Assembly: GCA_964234715.1 (NCBI GenBank)
Contig: OZ174282.1
Direction: 5' to 3' (one strand)
Source: Podarcis melisellensis
Lineage: Eukaryota
DNA length: 64,000 nt
Shown here: in pieces, positions 10,955 to 22,719 of the stretch
Layout: every line of letters starts with the position of its first letter
How positions within the stretch are numbered: position 1 is the first letter of the stretch
Made by a program: the position numbers and the translations under genes
Notes under the pieces: generated by a model
What the model saw: the letters and a program-made list of their open reading frames with translations, nothing else
Databases searched by the model: none
What the model was told of the DNA's origin: nothing

Positions 10955-11245
10955 GTCATGACTGCCTCTTCTCTGTGTGCAAACCGAGGAGAGAAAAAGG
11001 TTCCACTCTTCACTTGAGGACAAACTGCAGTTTCCTGTTATAGACAAACTACAGGAACTGTGGTTCATTCTAACTAGTTAAAACAAATCAATCAATCATG
11101 GTTTAATAGTCAGCTTTGTTAACTAACCAGGGTCAGAATAAACCATAGTTCCCTGAATTTGTACACAACAGAGAAGTGCAGTTTGTTTTAAAGGGAAAGC
11201 AGAAGCATTCTCTCTTCTCTGCTCGCATGCAAAGAGGGCAAGTGT
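10955..11245. mobile_element. Old foldback (palindromic) MITE-like element
   Basis: Left arm acaaactgcagtttcctgttatagacaaactacaggaactgtggttcattct pairs with the reverse complement of agaataaaccatagttccctgaatttgtacacaacagagaagtgcagtttgt. Confidence 0.6.
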
Positions 11246-12766
11246 GAAAGCCTGAGGCTTATGAAAGCTTGCTTGCGATCATCTTAACTATGATACAGAT
11301 AATAGCCTGAAGCAGACCTAAGACCTCCTGCATAAAGAGAATGTCTCCAAATGTTCCTGCTACAGTACAAATTCTAGTGCTCAGGTTGTTAAATCTGTTT
11401 TTGCTTTTGCTGCTAAAGAAGTTGTTTTATTGGATAGGTTAATTAAGATTCAGCAAAAGGCGGGTGGAGTGAAGAGAAGAGTTGCATGTTATTATGGAAG
11501 GTTAGCAATATGTTTGAAATACACTCTTACAGAAATATGTTCTTCCTACTAAGCCAGGCAAGGGCGTCTGGAGGGCACTACCAAGCTGTCCACAATGAGT
11601 GCTTTGCTCTAGCGCTCCTGTTGGGAGGTGCCAGCTTGAGCTGATTTGCGGCCGATCTAGTTGGTGTTAGGATTGTTTGTTCCAAAATGGCAGATGCTGT
11701 AGGAGACCATATGTTTTAGAGCATGCATTTACAGCTCCGGATTGGTGCTGCATATTGGCAAGTGTGGGTGTTCATCTCTTAGCTGACAGTGGAGGGATGC
11801 TTGTATATTGGAAGTCTATAAGAAGTACAGAAGAATGCATGCATTTAAAATTAGCTAACGGTCTGAGGCCTGATCTGCATGTCCTTTGTTTGTTTGAGGC
11901 ATGAAAGGGGGCTTGTCGCCTAATTCTGAGCAATCCACCATGTAGCTTGTTACTGTCTGCATTGATGACTGGTGGCTGTTCAGGTCTTCAGGAGAAGTTT
12001 ACCGCAGGCCTACTTTTCCCTGTTCTCATTTTTAAAGAGCAACATCAGAGGTTGAGTCTTTAGAGCATGTGTTCTGCCACTGGCGTACTGAGGCAGGGAA
12101 TCCCCAGGGTCTTTAGAAAGAATTTATTTTAGTCCTCCTAACTACCAGCAATGTTGGTGGCTGACCCTCTTAGCCATTCAGCCGTGGTACCTCCCTGATC
12201 TGCAGGCTGCAGTTTTTCTCATTTGGGAACAATAGAATGAACAGAAAACTTGAGATATGCTTTAAAGCAGGGTGGGCACCTGTGAGATCCTAGCTTGATT
12301 TCGTTCAGATGGGGGGAACTTGGAGAGAGAGAGGAAAAAAAGTGGGAGGGGAGACCCAAAATGGGAGGAAGAGAGAAAAATCTGTCTGCAAGTGATCAGT
12401 TTAGACTTCTGGCAAAAGTGTTCTGTCCAATGCTCTGCCAGTGTCAGTGGGACCAAGTTTATTAAGTCTGTATCCTTCAGTTCTTGGGGGGGGGCCTGTT
12501 AGTTGCCCATTCTTTCAGTTCAGTGCCCAGGGTACAATTCTGGGAGCTGCTATCTAGAGAACCACAAGTGGACTCTCCTGCTCAGGTGATATGTGCACAA
12601 ACAGACCACATTCACGTTAGCTAAAGTGCTTTTGTAAGCAGAGTGCTTTGCCTCTCATTGACCACAGAAGCCATTTAGGAAAGGAAGCAGCTCTCCTCCA
12701 CTTGCTTGTGAGGGAGCCAGAGGGCAAATTTGCATCTCAGTGCATGATGCAAGCAGGTTTGCCATA

Positions 12767-13010
12767 CAGTGGTACATACATACATACATATGCTTCAGAT
12801 TCCATACGCTTCAGGTTACAGACTCCGCTAACCCAGAAATAGTACCTCGGGTTAAGAATTTTGCTTCAGGATGGGAACAGAAATTGTGCTCCAGCAGTGC
12901 GGCAGCAGCAGGAGGCCCCATTAGCTAAAGTGGTGCTTCAAGTTAAGAACAGTTTCAGGTTAAGAACGGACCTCCGGAACGAATCAAGTACTTAACCCGA
13001 GGTACCACTG
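12767..13010. mobile_element. Tigger-like MITE (CAGTGGTAC TIR, TA TSD)
   Basis: ta|cagtggtac...gaggtaccactg|ta with repeated ggttaagaa motifs; left subterminus replaced by (TACA)n; second copy at 58645-58837. Confidence 0.85.
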
Positions 13011-13104
13011 TATTAGCTTGTTCCCTGCCCCTCTGCATTCTTCATGTTTCAAAAATCAATTGACTGGCTCTCTGCTTTAAGAAATACCTTGGGAATCAAC
13101 GGAA

Positions 13105-13373
13105 CAGAGGCATAGCTCGGGGGGACGGGGGGCACTGGGCACCACACTGCGGGGGGGGTGGCACTTACCACGGGGCCTCCAGCACATCTGAGCCACGCCT
13201 GGGAGTGACACGGTGGCGCAGGTGCTTGCAGGCTTTGCACTGCCCAAAACATCAGTGTGGGACTTGCTTCTGTCTTTTGCCTCCCAGTCAACTGCCCTAC
13301 AGTGGGCAGCTTGCCCTGCCCTCATGGGCCACTCACCCTGCCCTGGGCACCTGAGTGGCTAGCTACACCACTG
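13105..13373. mobile_element. hAT-type MITE, GC-rich
   Basis: TIRs cagaggcatagct / agctacaccactg; 8-bp TSD caacggaa (13097-13104) / caatggaa (13374-13381). Confidence 0.75.
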
Positions 13374-13959
13374 CAATGGAACCTGCTGTTGAGAGAATAA
13401 AGTTTTAGACATGAAACTGAATGGACACAGAGATAGTTACGTGAAATGTCCTCTAATATTTGGTGCAATTTGGGCCAGATATTTAGAATGAAGATGGCAC
13501 ATGTTTTAATCTATTTTTAGTTTATTGTTGATTTAATTTTTTGAATGTTCTAAATCATTGTTAATTGTTTTTATTGCTAATCTTATTGCATTATCTTTTT
13601 TGTAAATGGCATGGAGGTGTGTTTTTTTTACAATCAAGTGGCGTATAAATTTTATGAAATAAATAAATAATAGATCAGTCTTCCCCAACCTGGTGCCTTA
13701 CTTGCAGTTTTAGACTGCAATTCCCATCATGCCCATCTATTGGCCATGCTGGCAGAGACAGATGGAAGTTGTAGTCTTCTACATCTGGAGGTTACCATAT
13801 CAGCTACACCTCACTTAAATCCTGCTAATCCCTAATCCACCTGTCTTTCTGACCTGTCTTGTCCTATCCCCCAATCCCACTTGGCATGCTTTCTTTAATG
13901 AGGCCTCCCGCCACCGGTGCCCTTCCACCGTTAGGCTTCTGTTCTTAGACCAAGGTAAA

Positions 13960-14051
13960 GTTCGCAAACTTTGATAACAACTTCCAGTTTTGCGGCTTTC
14001 TTAAACCGAATAGTTTGTAAACAGGGCTGTTCTTAAACCGAGGTACCACTG
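13960..14051. mobile_element. Right-end fragment of a Tigger-like MITE
   Basis: Ends ttcttaaaccgaggtaccactg|ta, the same TIR class as 12767-13010. Confidence 0.65.
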
Positions 14052-14120
14052 TACAGTTAATATATAATGTTACCACCTGCAAACCTTCTCATTTGGTGAA
14101 GTGTTTTTGTCTTAACGCAG

Positions 14121-14223
14121 CCTACACCCCCCAGGTCATAACAGGGGGCATCCCAGATTCTGAGCTCCTCCTTCCAGAATTGCTGAAGAAAACAGGCTAT
14201 GTCAATAAGATCGTTGGCAAATG
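14121..14223 (+). CDS. GALNS: GALNS exon 4: [35 protein letters not shown]
   Basis: acgcag|CC TAC...AAA TG|gtaaag; 103 nt. Confidence 0.96.
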
Positions 14224-16899
14224 GTAAAGCTCCTTTTTGAATATGTCCCCTTTTTTTGTATGGCTTGCTTTATATGTGAGAGAATCAGAGTTCAAATAAG
14301 TTGGTTTAGTTTGTGATTTCTGTCTTCAGAAATCTTGGCAGGGAATCGTCCCCCCACCACCTGCTGTGACTAATTTTAGAGCCAAGGACTGTCGTATAAT
14401 AGAGGCAACATGCTGCACTTATTTTCATAAGAAATTACAAACCTGCCTTGCCATAGCATAACATAAGCAGTCATCAAATCTTTTATCTTTGGCCCTTGCA
14501 AAATGTGTTGATCTCAGAGGTATGGCACTTTCTGCCTAAATTGTAAGCTTTTCCTTTTTGATCCTGCTTGAATAGCAGAGTTATTGAGTGGCTTCAGAGA
14601 TGCATTCCCTTCCCCAAGGAGAGAAGGACTGATGCTAGCACTCTTCCGAGGAGTCATAGCATAATCTAGGCGGGCAGAGGGTAAACCGGGAACTACTGAA
14701 CAAATATTGACCCACAATCTGCTTGTGCTGTATCCCAGGAGCTCTTTTAAAAGAGCTAAGAGTTGGATCATTGAAATTGATGACAAACCTCTGTGGTGCT
14801 GGCGCAGGTGTTAACAAAGGTAACGGCAAGGCCACTGAAAATGGTTCTTTTATATAAATCATGGTTGTTAAGAAAAGGCTCACAGCAGCTGAGGAGGAAA
14901 GTGTGATTTCTGAGCCACTTTGGAAGAAAAAAGGAGAGAGACAGAGATGACTGTTCTCTTCCTATTGCTCCCCTGACGATTGACTTCCCAGATTGGTGTA
15001 TGAATTTACTGCTGATGAAGAGATCAGTGGCTCAGGCAGGGTTTTGTAACTTTTTCCTTAAGGGGATCCTTCGGTTTGAAATGTTCGTGTGTTTAAGGAC
15101 CATAGTTTGGTCTTACCTTCTAACCTAAAAGACACACCTCCTCCTTTCTACTCTGTGGCCTTAGCACCTGCAGCTACACTGCCACCTCCCTTATCTATTA
15201 ATGGGGCGACTCAGGATTGGGGAGTTCTTAGATCAAAGTGCATTGTAAAATCGCATGTGCAAGTCTTTGTGGCAAAGGATGCCACTGCTGGGGCTGGGCA
15301 GTGAGCCAGGAACTGGGAGCTGTGGGTTGAAGCCAGTAGTCAGGACCAAAGAGTAAGCCCAGGACTAAAGGGGAAACCGGGAGGCAGAATTGAGAAACAA
15401 GCCAGAAATTGGGACTGAAGAATGGTCAAAAGGATGCAAAATTGCACTGCGGTTCAGGAAGACCTTAACTGGAACAGGCAACCCTGTTGTGGGGTTTTCT
15501 GCCCTGAAGGATTCAAAATACCAGCCTGGGCAGATAGAGTCAGTGTGTAATTGAGTGGCTCACCATATGAGGCAACCATACACAGACCCAAAGGTTCTGA
15601 CTTTGAAGTGTGTTGGCCTTGGTTGCCGCTGTAACAAATTTAAAGCAAGGATAGCCAGTCCCGGCCAGCAGGGCCCAGTGGTCATAGACAATAGTAGTTG
15701 TGGTCTACCAATATCTAGAGGGCACCACATTGGATTCCTCCAATTTCAAGTAGCACATTCTGCAACAGAATTAATAGCCAAATCTTTCTGGACATAAAGT
15801 GTGTCATGCAAAAAATTTCAGGCCAGGATAATACAGCTAATAAATGCAGCATCTACATGAGCTTTTTTTTCCATTGGTTTGGGGAGCAGATTCAAGGGTC
15901 ATTGTTAATAGAGAGTCCAGGGGGACCTGGGTTCAAACACCCTGCTTGGCGGTACAGTATATGTGACTCCTGGTTGGCAGCTCAACTTACGTTACACCTC
16001 ACTGAAGATAAAAGGGCAGCGGGGTGACATTGTTCCTTGGAGGAAGGGCAGATTAAAAACAGGGGCAAAATAACATAGGCCAAGAAAGGATGCATATATT
16101 TCAGGGGATTTGCCAACAAGCTAGCGAACATTCACTGATGATCAAGCTGTTTGCCACTAGAAGCACCGTCCTAGGAAAGAAAGCAAATGAACCCACACCC
16201 GTGAATTATTTATTGCTGCAAATCCAAACAGCAGACTGCCAAAGAAGAAAAATACAGCTCAGTGGGCTGCAGGCAATGGGATGCAGCTGAGTGCTAATAA
16301 ATGTAAATTCATACACCTGGGGAAAGGAAATAAACAGCACAGATACAGATTGGTTCCAGGGAGTTATCTGGAAAGCAGCAAGTCTCAAACAACCTCAGAG
16401 CCATAGCAGAAAGCTAATTAAGTCTGAGCTTGCAGCATAGTTCCTCTTGTGAGGGTAGGAAGCACCGGATTGGTTAGACCTGGCGCCTGTTGTGTCAGCC
16501 TGTTTCTAGGGCTGAATGTCATTGCCAGTCGGTAAAGGGGTGCAGCGCAGAAGAGGGAATGCAGTGCATTCTTCACTCTGCAGGCTGTCTTTTTGTGGTG
16601 CTTCCCCCCACAAAAAAACAGCACAATGTGGGCCATGCTGGTCAAGTAGAGGACCAGTGCCTGCCCCACCCCCACCCCACTTGTCACATGTTTGGTGCAA
16701 TCTTCCATGCTTAGCCAGCTGGTCAAAACTCTGCCCCCAAAAGAATCTGAATTCTGTGACTTAATCATTTAAATAGGTCTATACTTTCCTTCAACATGAT
16801 TCCAAAAATAAAATCAACTTGTTAAAATACAGTAACTCAGAAAACAATGTGATATGACCAACCACAGTAAAACAATGAAGCATATTGCCACATACCTGG

Positions 16900-17430
16900 T
16901 CTTAAAAACCGGAAGATGCCTGAGTGAAAAAGCAAGTTGTTAGCAGGTGTCAAAAGCGCATCAGAGTCTGCACCTTACTTCAGGGAGGAAATGATTCCAT
17001 GAGCTTGGTTACCCAACAGAGAAGGCTTGTCACACCATGGCCCTAGACAAGATGAGGCACAACTAAGACTTCCTCATCTGAGAATCTCAGCATGGGAGAT
17101 AACATACTTCAAGTGTCCAGGCCTATGTCAATAAAAACCCTTTACTATTGCTTGGTGATAAATTGGCAGCCAGTTCAATTCTTTCAACAATGGCATCCCA
17201 TGGTCACAGCAGGCAGCTCTGCTCAGCAGTCTAGCTGCCAAATTCTGCAGTACCTGCAGCTTCTGAACCAGCTTTAAGGGCAGCCCCACATAGAACAGAT
17301 TACAGTAACCCAGTCTTGAGGTTACCAACGTTATGGGTTGCTGTGACCAGGCTATCTTTGTCCAGGAATGGCAAGGAATGATCACAGCTTGTACACCAGC
17401 CAAAGCTGGTAAAAGGTACTCCTAGCCACT
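16900..17430 (-). mobile_element. Old L2-clade LINE ORF2 fragment
   Basis: ORF 17128..17403(-) reads SRLGYCNLFYVGLPLKLVQKLQVLQNLAARLL...LKELNWLP, the L2 post-RT motif. Confidence 0.85.
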
Positions 17431-18131
17431 CGTTAATTGTGCACCCTCAGGCTAAGCCTGAACTCAGACTGGATTGGATCCAGATAATCATTTTTCTCTA
17501 AGAGCACCCAAAACTGAAAAGCCAGCACCCGCCTTAAGCTTTAATTAGTCAAATTAAGCATGTGGGGTTCGATTTTCTCATTTGCCATCATCATTCATCT
17601 TTTCCTTATGGAGCAGGATAAGGAACTATGTGGGCTAGCATCAATGCCTGCTCTGGCTCTGGAAATGGCACAAGGTTACATCAGTCTTTGCCAACCTGGA
17701 GCCCTTCAGATGTTCTGGACAACAGCTGCCATAAGCTGCAGCTAGCACAGCAAAGCTGGCTTGGACTGATGGTACTTGTAGCCAAGAAAATCTGAAGAGT
17801 ATCAGGTGAAGGGTATATTATGTTTTCCACATATTTTTGAGCCATGGAAACTACTATTGATAAGTGCTGTGCAGGGTTCAGCAGAGGAAATGGTCCAGCA
17901 AGGGGCTTTGGGAGGTTACAGGTGATGGACCAGGAAGCCCCCAAAGACAAATTATCTGAATTAGTTAGCTGTGGGCCATTCATTGTCTACTTCTTAACCA
18001 TGGGTTATTGCATCTGTCAGCTTCTTCGTTACAGTGCATTTTTTGTGCAGTGCTGATAGGGTGATTGGTCTTCTCTTATGCACCCCTGACTGGTTTTTTC
18101 TTTTTCTTTTCTTTTTCTTACTCTTTTCTAG

Positions 18132-18275
18132 GCACCTTGGCCACAGACCTGAGTTCCATCCCTTGAGGCATGGATTTGATGAGTGGTTTGGATCCCCTAA
18201 TTGCCATTTTGGACCTTACGATAACAAGGCAGCGCCTAACATCCCTTTTTACAGGGACTGGGAAATGATTGGCAG
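18132..18275 (+). CDS. GALNS: GALNS exon 5: [47 protein letters not shown]
   Basis: ttctag|G CAC...GGC AG|gtagcc; 144 nt; completes the GKWHLG motif. Confidence 0.97.
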
Positions 18276-19358
18276 GTAGCCGCTTTTCTGTGTCACCTGT
18301 GCCTTGTTGCCTTTTGCTTTTCTTCTGCTTTTTCTGGCTCCTTTTAAGCTCCACTACAGAAGAGGGCCTAGGGCTCCATTCTGCTGCCCTTCCTTCCTTC
18401 CAGCAGAGCATAACGTGCTGGCGCTTGCCTTTTTCCCCCCTGTAAGAGGCCAGGGGGCTCTAGGCTTCTGGATCAAGGACCTCTGCAGGGCTGCATTTTC
18501 CAGAAATTCCACCACACGTCAACACTTACTGAGACACACCAGGCACCCGAGGTGAAGTGATGGAAATACCACCTGATACGCACACAGAGCGGGCTTGCAG
18601 TACCCCCTGAGGAGCTGCCATATGCAGTGAATTATGTATGAGAACTCCATTAACAATGACAAGGTTGCAGAGTTAATCACTTGGAAGTTAGGAAACACCA
18701 GCCCCCCAACTGGCTTACTCTTCTGCTGTAGCTTTGGCTGAAATCCACCAGCCAATGTTACTCCTGAGAAAAGCACTCTGAAGGCCCCTTCTAAGTTACG
18801 CTTTCCTCTACAGAAATATAGTATGTCTCCATTTAAAGGTAAAAGATATTAAGAAGTGCCTCTGATTGCTTTCTGTGTGGCATTAAATGTGTTTTTGTCT
18901 GCGGTGCCTGCCCAGTCTAGTGTGCTTATGAGTGGGTGGAAAAGGTCCTGCTTATGCATTATCTACTCTGACATTAACGCAGTTTTCCCCAGCCTTGTAC
19001 CCTCCAGATACTTTGAACAACAGCTTCCACATGTTGTTGGGTTCCTAACTCCTACCACCCCTGACCATTGGCTATGATGAGAGCTGTACTCCTATATATC
19101 TGGAGGGCCCAGTGTTGGGGAAGGCTGGATTAAACTATATAAGATAAACAGCCGAAAAAGCAATCCTCAGCGAAACAGAGCAGAGCTATTTGAGATTGTA
19201 TTCATGGTTTGCGTACATGGAGTAACGTTTCCTATTACATAGTGACTCGCTGCCATCTTCCCAGGGGACTGATGGGGAGCAAAGCACTTATTCCCCCACT
19301 GCCATATCCTGTAAAACATCTGGAACATTTTTTCTGTTTTTTGTTCAAAACTTTCTAG

Positions 19359-19425
19359 GTATTACGAAGATGTAAAAATTGACCGTAAGACGGGGGAAGC
19401 CAACCTAACTCAAATGTACTTACAG
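19359..19425 (+). CDS. GALNS: GALNS exon 6: YYEDVKIDRKTGEANLTQMYLQ
   Basis: ttctag|G TAT...TTA CAG|gtactc; 67 nt; NLT glycosylation sequon. Confidence 0.95.
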
Positions 19426-19541
19426 GTACTCTGTATTCTGATAAAACGTTCTTTAAAACCCACAGGCACTTTCTGCTTGCTTGCTTATACATATGTAGCA
19501 TGGGTGGCCATATTTAAGGTTGATTCTCTTGTCATTTCCAG

Positions 19542-19669
19542 GAAGCCCTTGATTTCATTAGCACACAGCATGTCAGCCAACAGCCGTTCTTTCTGTATTG
19601 GGCAATCGATGCTACTCACGCGCCTGTGTATGCCTCCAGGGGGTTCTTGGGCACTAGCCAACGAGGACT
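19542..19669 (+). CDS. GALNS: GALNS exon 7: [42 protein letters not shown]
   Basis: ttccag|GAA...GGA CT|gtaagt; 128 nt; PFFLY and ATHAP motifs. Confidence 0.96.
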
Positions 19670-20177
19670 GTAAGTTGCTTTTTGAGCTGAAGTATCATTT
19701 CCTCCTCCCTTTTTTGGGCACTAGAAGAAAAGCACTAGAAGAAAACCAAGAACAGTGGTGGTTGACAATAGAGAGCACAACTTACAAGTTTAAAAGTATG
19801 TTTGTTATGAGCATTAAAGAGCAGCAGGTGCTTTGAGAGTGTTTATCCTCGGTTGAAGACTCTCTTGCAATCTGAAATAAAAGTCTTGCATCCAAAGCAA
19901 ATAGGGTTGACAACTATTGATTGAGATCAAAGATTCTGGTACCTGGGTACAGTCTGGAGGCAAGACCAAAGCTGATCTGAGGGTTATCTAGCCAGAGAGC
20001 CAAGCATAAAAGCTGTCATATCAAAGGTGTACAGCCCAAAAAAACCTGGAGGGAAGTGTTAGTCTCTCATTTTCTGACAACTGACCCCGAAGCAAAACCA
20101 AAAATAAACATTTTAAATGGCCACATTTTATTTATTTATTTATTTATTTAAACAGTAGATTGGTAACTTTCAGCAAA

Positions 20178-20360
20178 CTGTATTTATTCAAATCTAATGC
20201 TCACCTTTTTTGGCCAAATTACATTGCGAAAATTAAGGTGCGCTTTAGATTCGATGGCACATTTACATTTGCCAGCAAATACTTTTTTTGTTTGTTTCAA
20301 GGTTCTGAAAATTAAGGTGCATGTTAGATTTGATGGTGCATTAGACTTGAGTAAATACGG
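20178..20360. mobile_element. Tc2/pogo-like MITE
   Basis: About 23-bp imperfect TIRs ctgtatttattcaaatctaatgc / gcattagacttgagtaaatacgg; internal duplicated aaaattaaggtgc...tagatt. Confidence 0.65.
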
Positions 20361-20819
20361 TGTTTTTAGTGGATGGTGTCTTCCCTCCTCTCTCCAGTTT
20401 TGTTTATAGAGGTTAATTTGAGGCAGGAATCACCAGGGCTTAGTCAAGGACACGTGTCCAGCATCAGAGATTAAGAAATCTGGAAGACTTCCCCCATCCT
20501 TTGCACTAAGGTTTCCTTTGCAACTTTCAAGTACTCTGTGTGTGTGCTTGTCCACACACACGCTTCCTCTGTGGTTCCTCTTCTCCTCACCATCCATTCT
20601 AGTTTTGCTTTGAGGACATTCTGTGCTGAGTGAAGATGACCAGCTGAAATGGAGTGGGGCTTTCAAAGGGCCCCCAAATCAGAAAGAAGGGAGCCAGCTT
20701 TGTGGTGATCAGCAGCTTCCCTTGTGAGAGTGGGTGGGTCTTGCTGTTGGATTTTTAGCTTCTCTGGGAGCACATCTGAAAGTTCTCTTGGTGATACTGA
20801 GTGACCACTTGAATATAAC

Positions 20820-20870
<51 letters not shown>

Positions 20871-21423
20871 TATTTGTACCCCGCCCATCTGGCTGGGTCT
20901 CCCCAGCCACTCTGGGCGGCTTCCAACAAAGATGAAAGATACACTAAAATGTCACATATTAAAAACTTCCCTGAACAGGGCTGCCTTCAGATGTCTTCTG
21001 AATGTCAGGTAGATGTTTATCGCTTTGACATCTGATGGGAGGGAGTTCCACAGGGTGGGTGCCACTACCGAGAAGGCCCTCTGCCTGGTTCCCTGTAACT
21101 TGGCCTCTCGCAGTGAGGGAACCGCCAGAAGGCCCTCGGTGCTGGACCTCAGTGTCCAGGCAGAACGATGGGGGAGGAGACGCTCCTTCAGATATACTGG
21201 ACCGAGGCCGTTTAGGGCTTTAAAGGTCAGCACCAACACTTTGAATTGTGCTCGGAAACGTACTGGGAGCCAATGTAGGTCTTTCAAGACCAGTGTTATA
21301 TGGTCTCGGCGGCCGCTCCCAGTCACCAGTCTAGCTGCCGCATTCTGGATTAGTTGTAGTTTCCGGGTCACCTTCAAAGGTAGCCCCACGTAGAGCGCAT
21401 TGCAGTAGTCCAAGCGGGAGATA
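20820..21423 (-). mobile_element. Young 5'-truncated L2-clade LINE with (TTA)n tail
   Basis: Uninterrupted 153-aa frame DYCNALYVGLPLKVTRKLQLIQNAAARL...LHWLPV...RAFSVVAPTLWNSLP...FRRHLKAALF; 3'UTR stem-loop and (AAT)n tail at 20820-20868. Confidence 0.92.
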
Positions 21424-22579
21424 ACTTAAGAGCTATATATAAAAACAATAATAATAATAATGTGTTAATTATGAACAAATAAAACAGTTAAGAGCTTTGC
21501 TCTAACAACCAACATACCCCTCCCCAAACATAACTAAGATTTGTAAATTCCTGGTGGGTCTTGTTAAAGCAAAAACCAAGAGGTTTATGGTATCTTAAAA
21601 CCGACCTGAACGTCTCATGCATCTTGACAGCATGGACTCTGACCTATTCAAGCTTTTGCTAGAATAATAGTGCATATTACCTGGAATTCAATCCCACTTC
21701 ATTCAACAGAGCTTACTACAAGGTCAGGGTGAGAAAAAATAAATCCAATCCTGTTCACACTTACCTGAGAGTAAGCCCGCTTGAACACAGTAAGACTCAC
21801 TTCTGAGTAAACATGCATGTGCTTTTACATATTTAAGCTCCCAAAAAGACTCCATATTTGAAGAACTGGAAATAAACATTTGTTGCCCAAACAAATATGC
21901 AGAATAACTCATTTCCTTTTCCAATTATTTAAGACATTTTTATACTGCCCTTCATTAAGAAACGTTCCAGGGTGGCTTACAAACAATATAATCCAATGTA
22001 ATGTGCTAACTTTTATACTGACTACATAAAGTCAACACATTAAAACCATTGAATACTTAATATCTACAGTACCTAAAAGAGATACTAAAAGCTTGGTATT
22101 AAGACCTTTAAGAAGAAGGGCCCCGCTGGAATAGACCAAAAGCCCATCTAGTCCAGCATCTTGTTCTCACAGTGTCCAGCCAGGTGCCCAAATGGGAATC
22201 CTGTAAGCAGGGATCTCATAAGCTGTTGTAAACAATTAGCAAATAAATGAGTAATAGCTGCCTAAAACCAATAAAGAGTGACATCTTCCTTATCAGTACC
22301 AGTATCCTCAGCCCTTAGCAGTCTGTTATAAAATTTATTTTGTAAATGAAACACTTTTTCTGAACCCTTGCTATTTTTGGAACTGGTTGATTTAAAAAGG
22401 GGGGTTGTTTTATAATGTGTTTATTATTTTGTTGTCAGCAGCTTTAAGAGCAGTGTGTTGGAAACTATTTACAGTTAAATAAATATTACCGTTGCATATT
22501 ACAGAATCTACAAGTCCTAAACACAAACACCCGCCCACCCCCACTTGACAGGTTTGTAATTGCTCTCCCTGCCTCTCAG

Positions 22580-22719
22580 GTATGGTGATGCAGTGCGAGA
22601 AATTGACGACAGCATTGGGAAAATACTGAGTCGCCTTCAAAAGCTGGGCATAAGCAACAACACCTTCGTATTTTTCACATCTGACAACGGTGCTGCCCTT
22701 GTTTCCGGTCCTGATCAAG
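22580..22719 (+). CDS. GALNS: GALNS exon 8: [46 protein letters not shown]
   Basis: tctcag|G TAT...CAA G|gttggt; 140 nt; FTSDNG motif. Confidence 0.97.

Noticed and set aside
15290-15480. Possible LTR fragment (agccagg/gtcagg-rich)
   Set aside because: No termini or TSD identifiable; the resemblance is compositional only.
19359-22585. GALNS exons 6 and 8 (and APRT exon 3) also start with GT, so possible recursive sites
   Set aside because: The regenerated donors CAG|GTATTA, ACT|GTATGG and CAG|GTCTTG are weak, unlike CAG|GTGAGT at exon 10.
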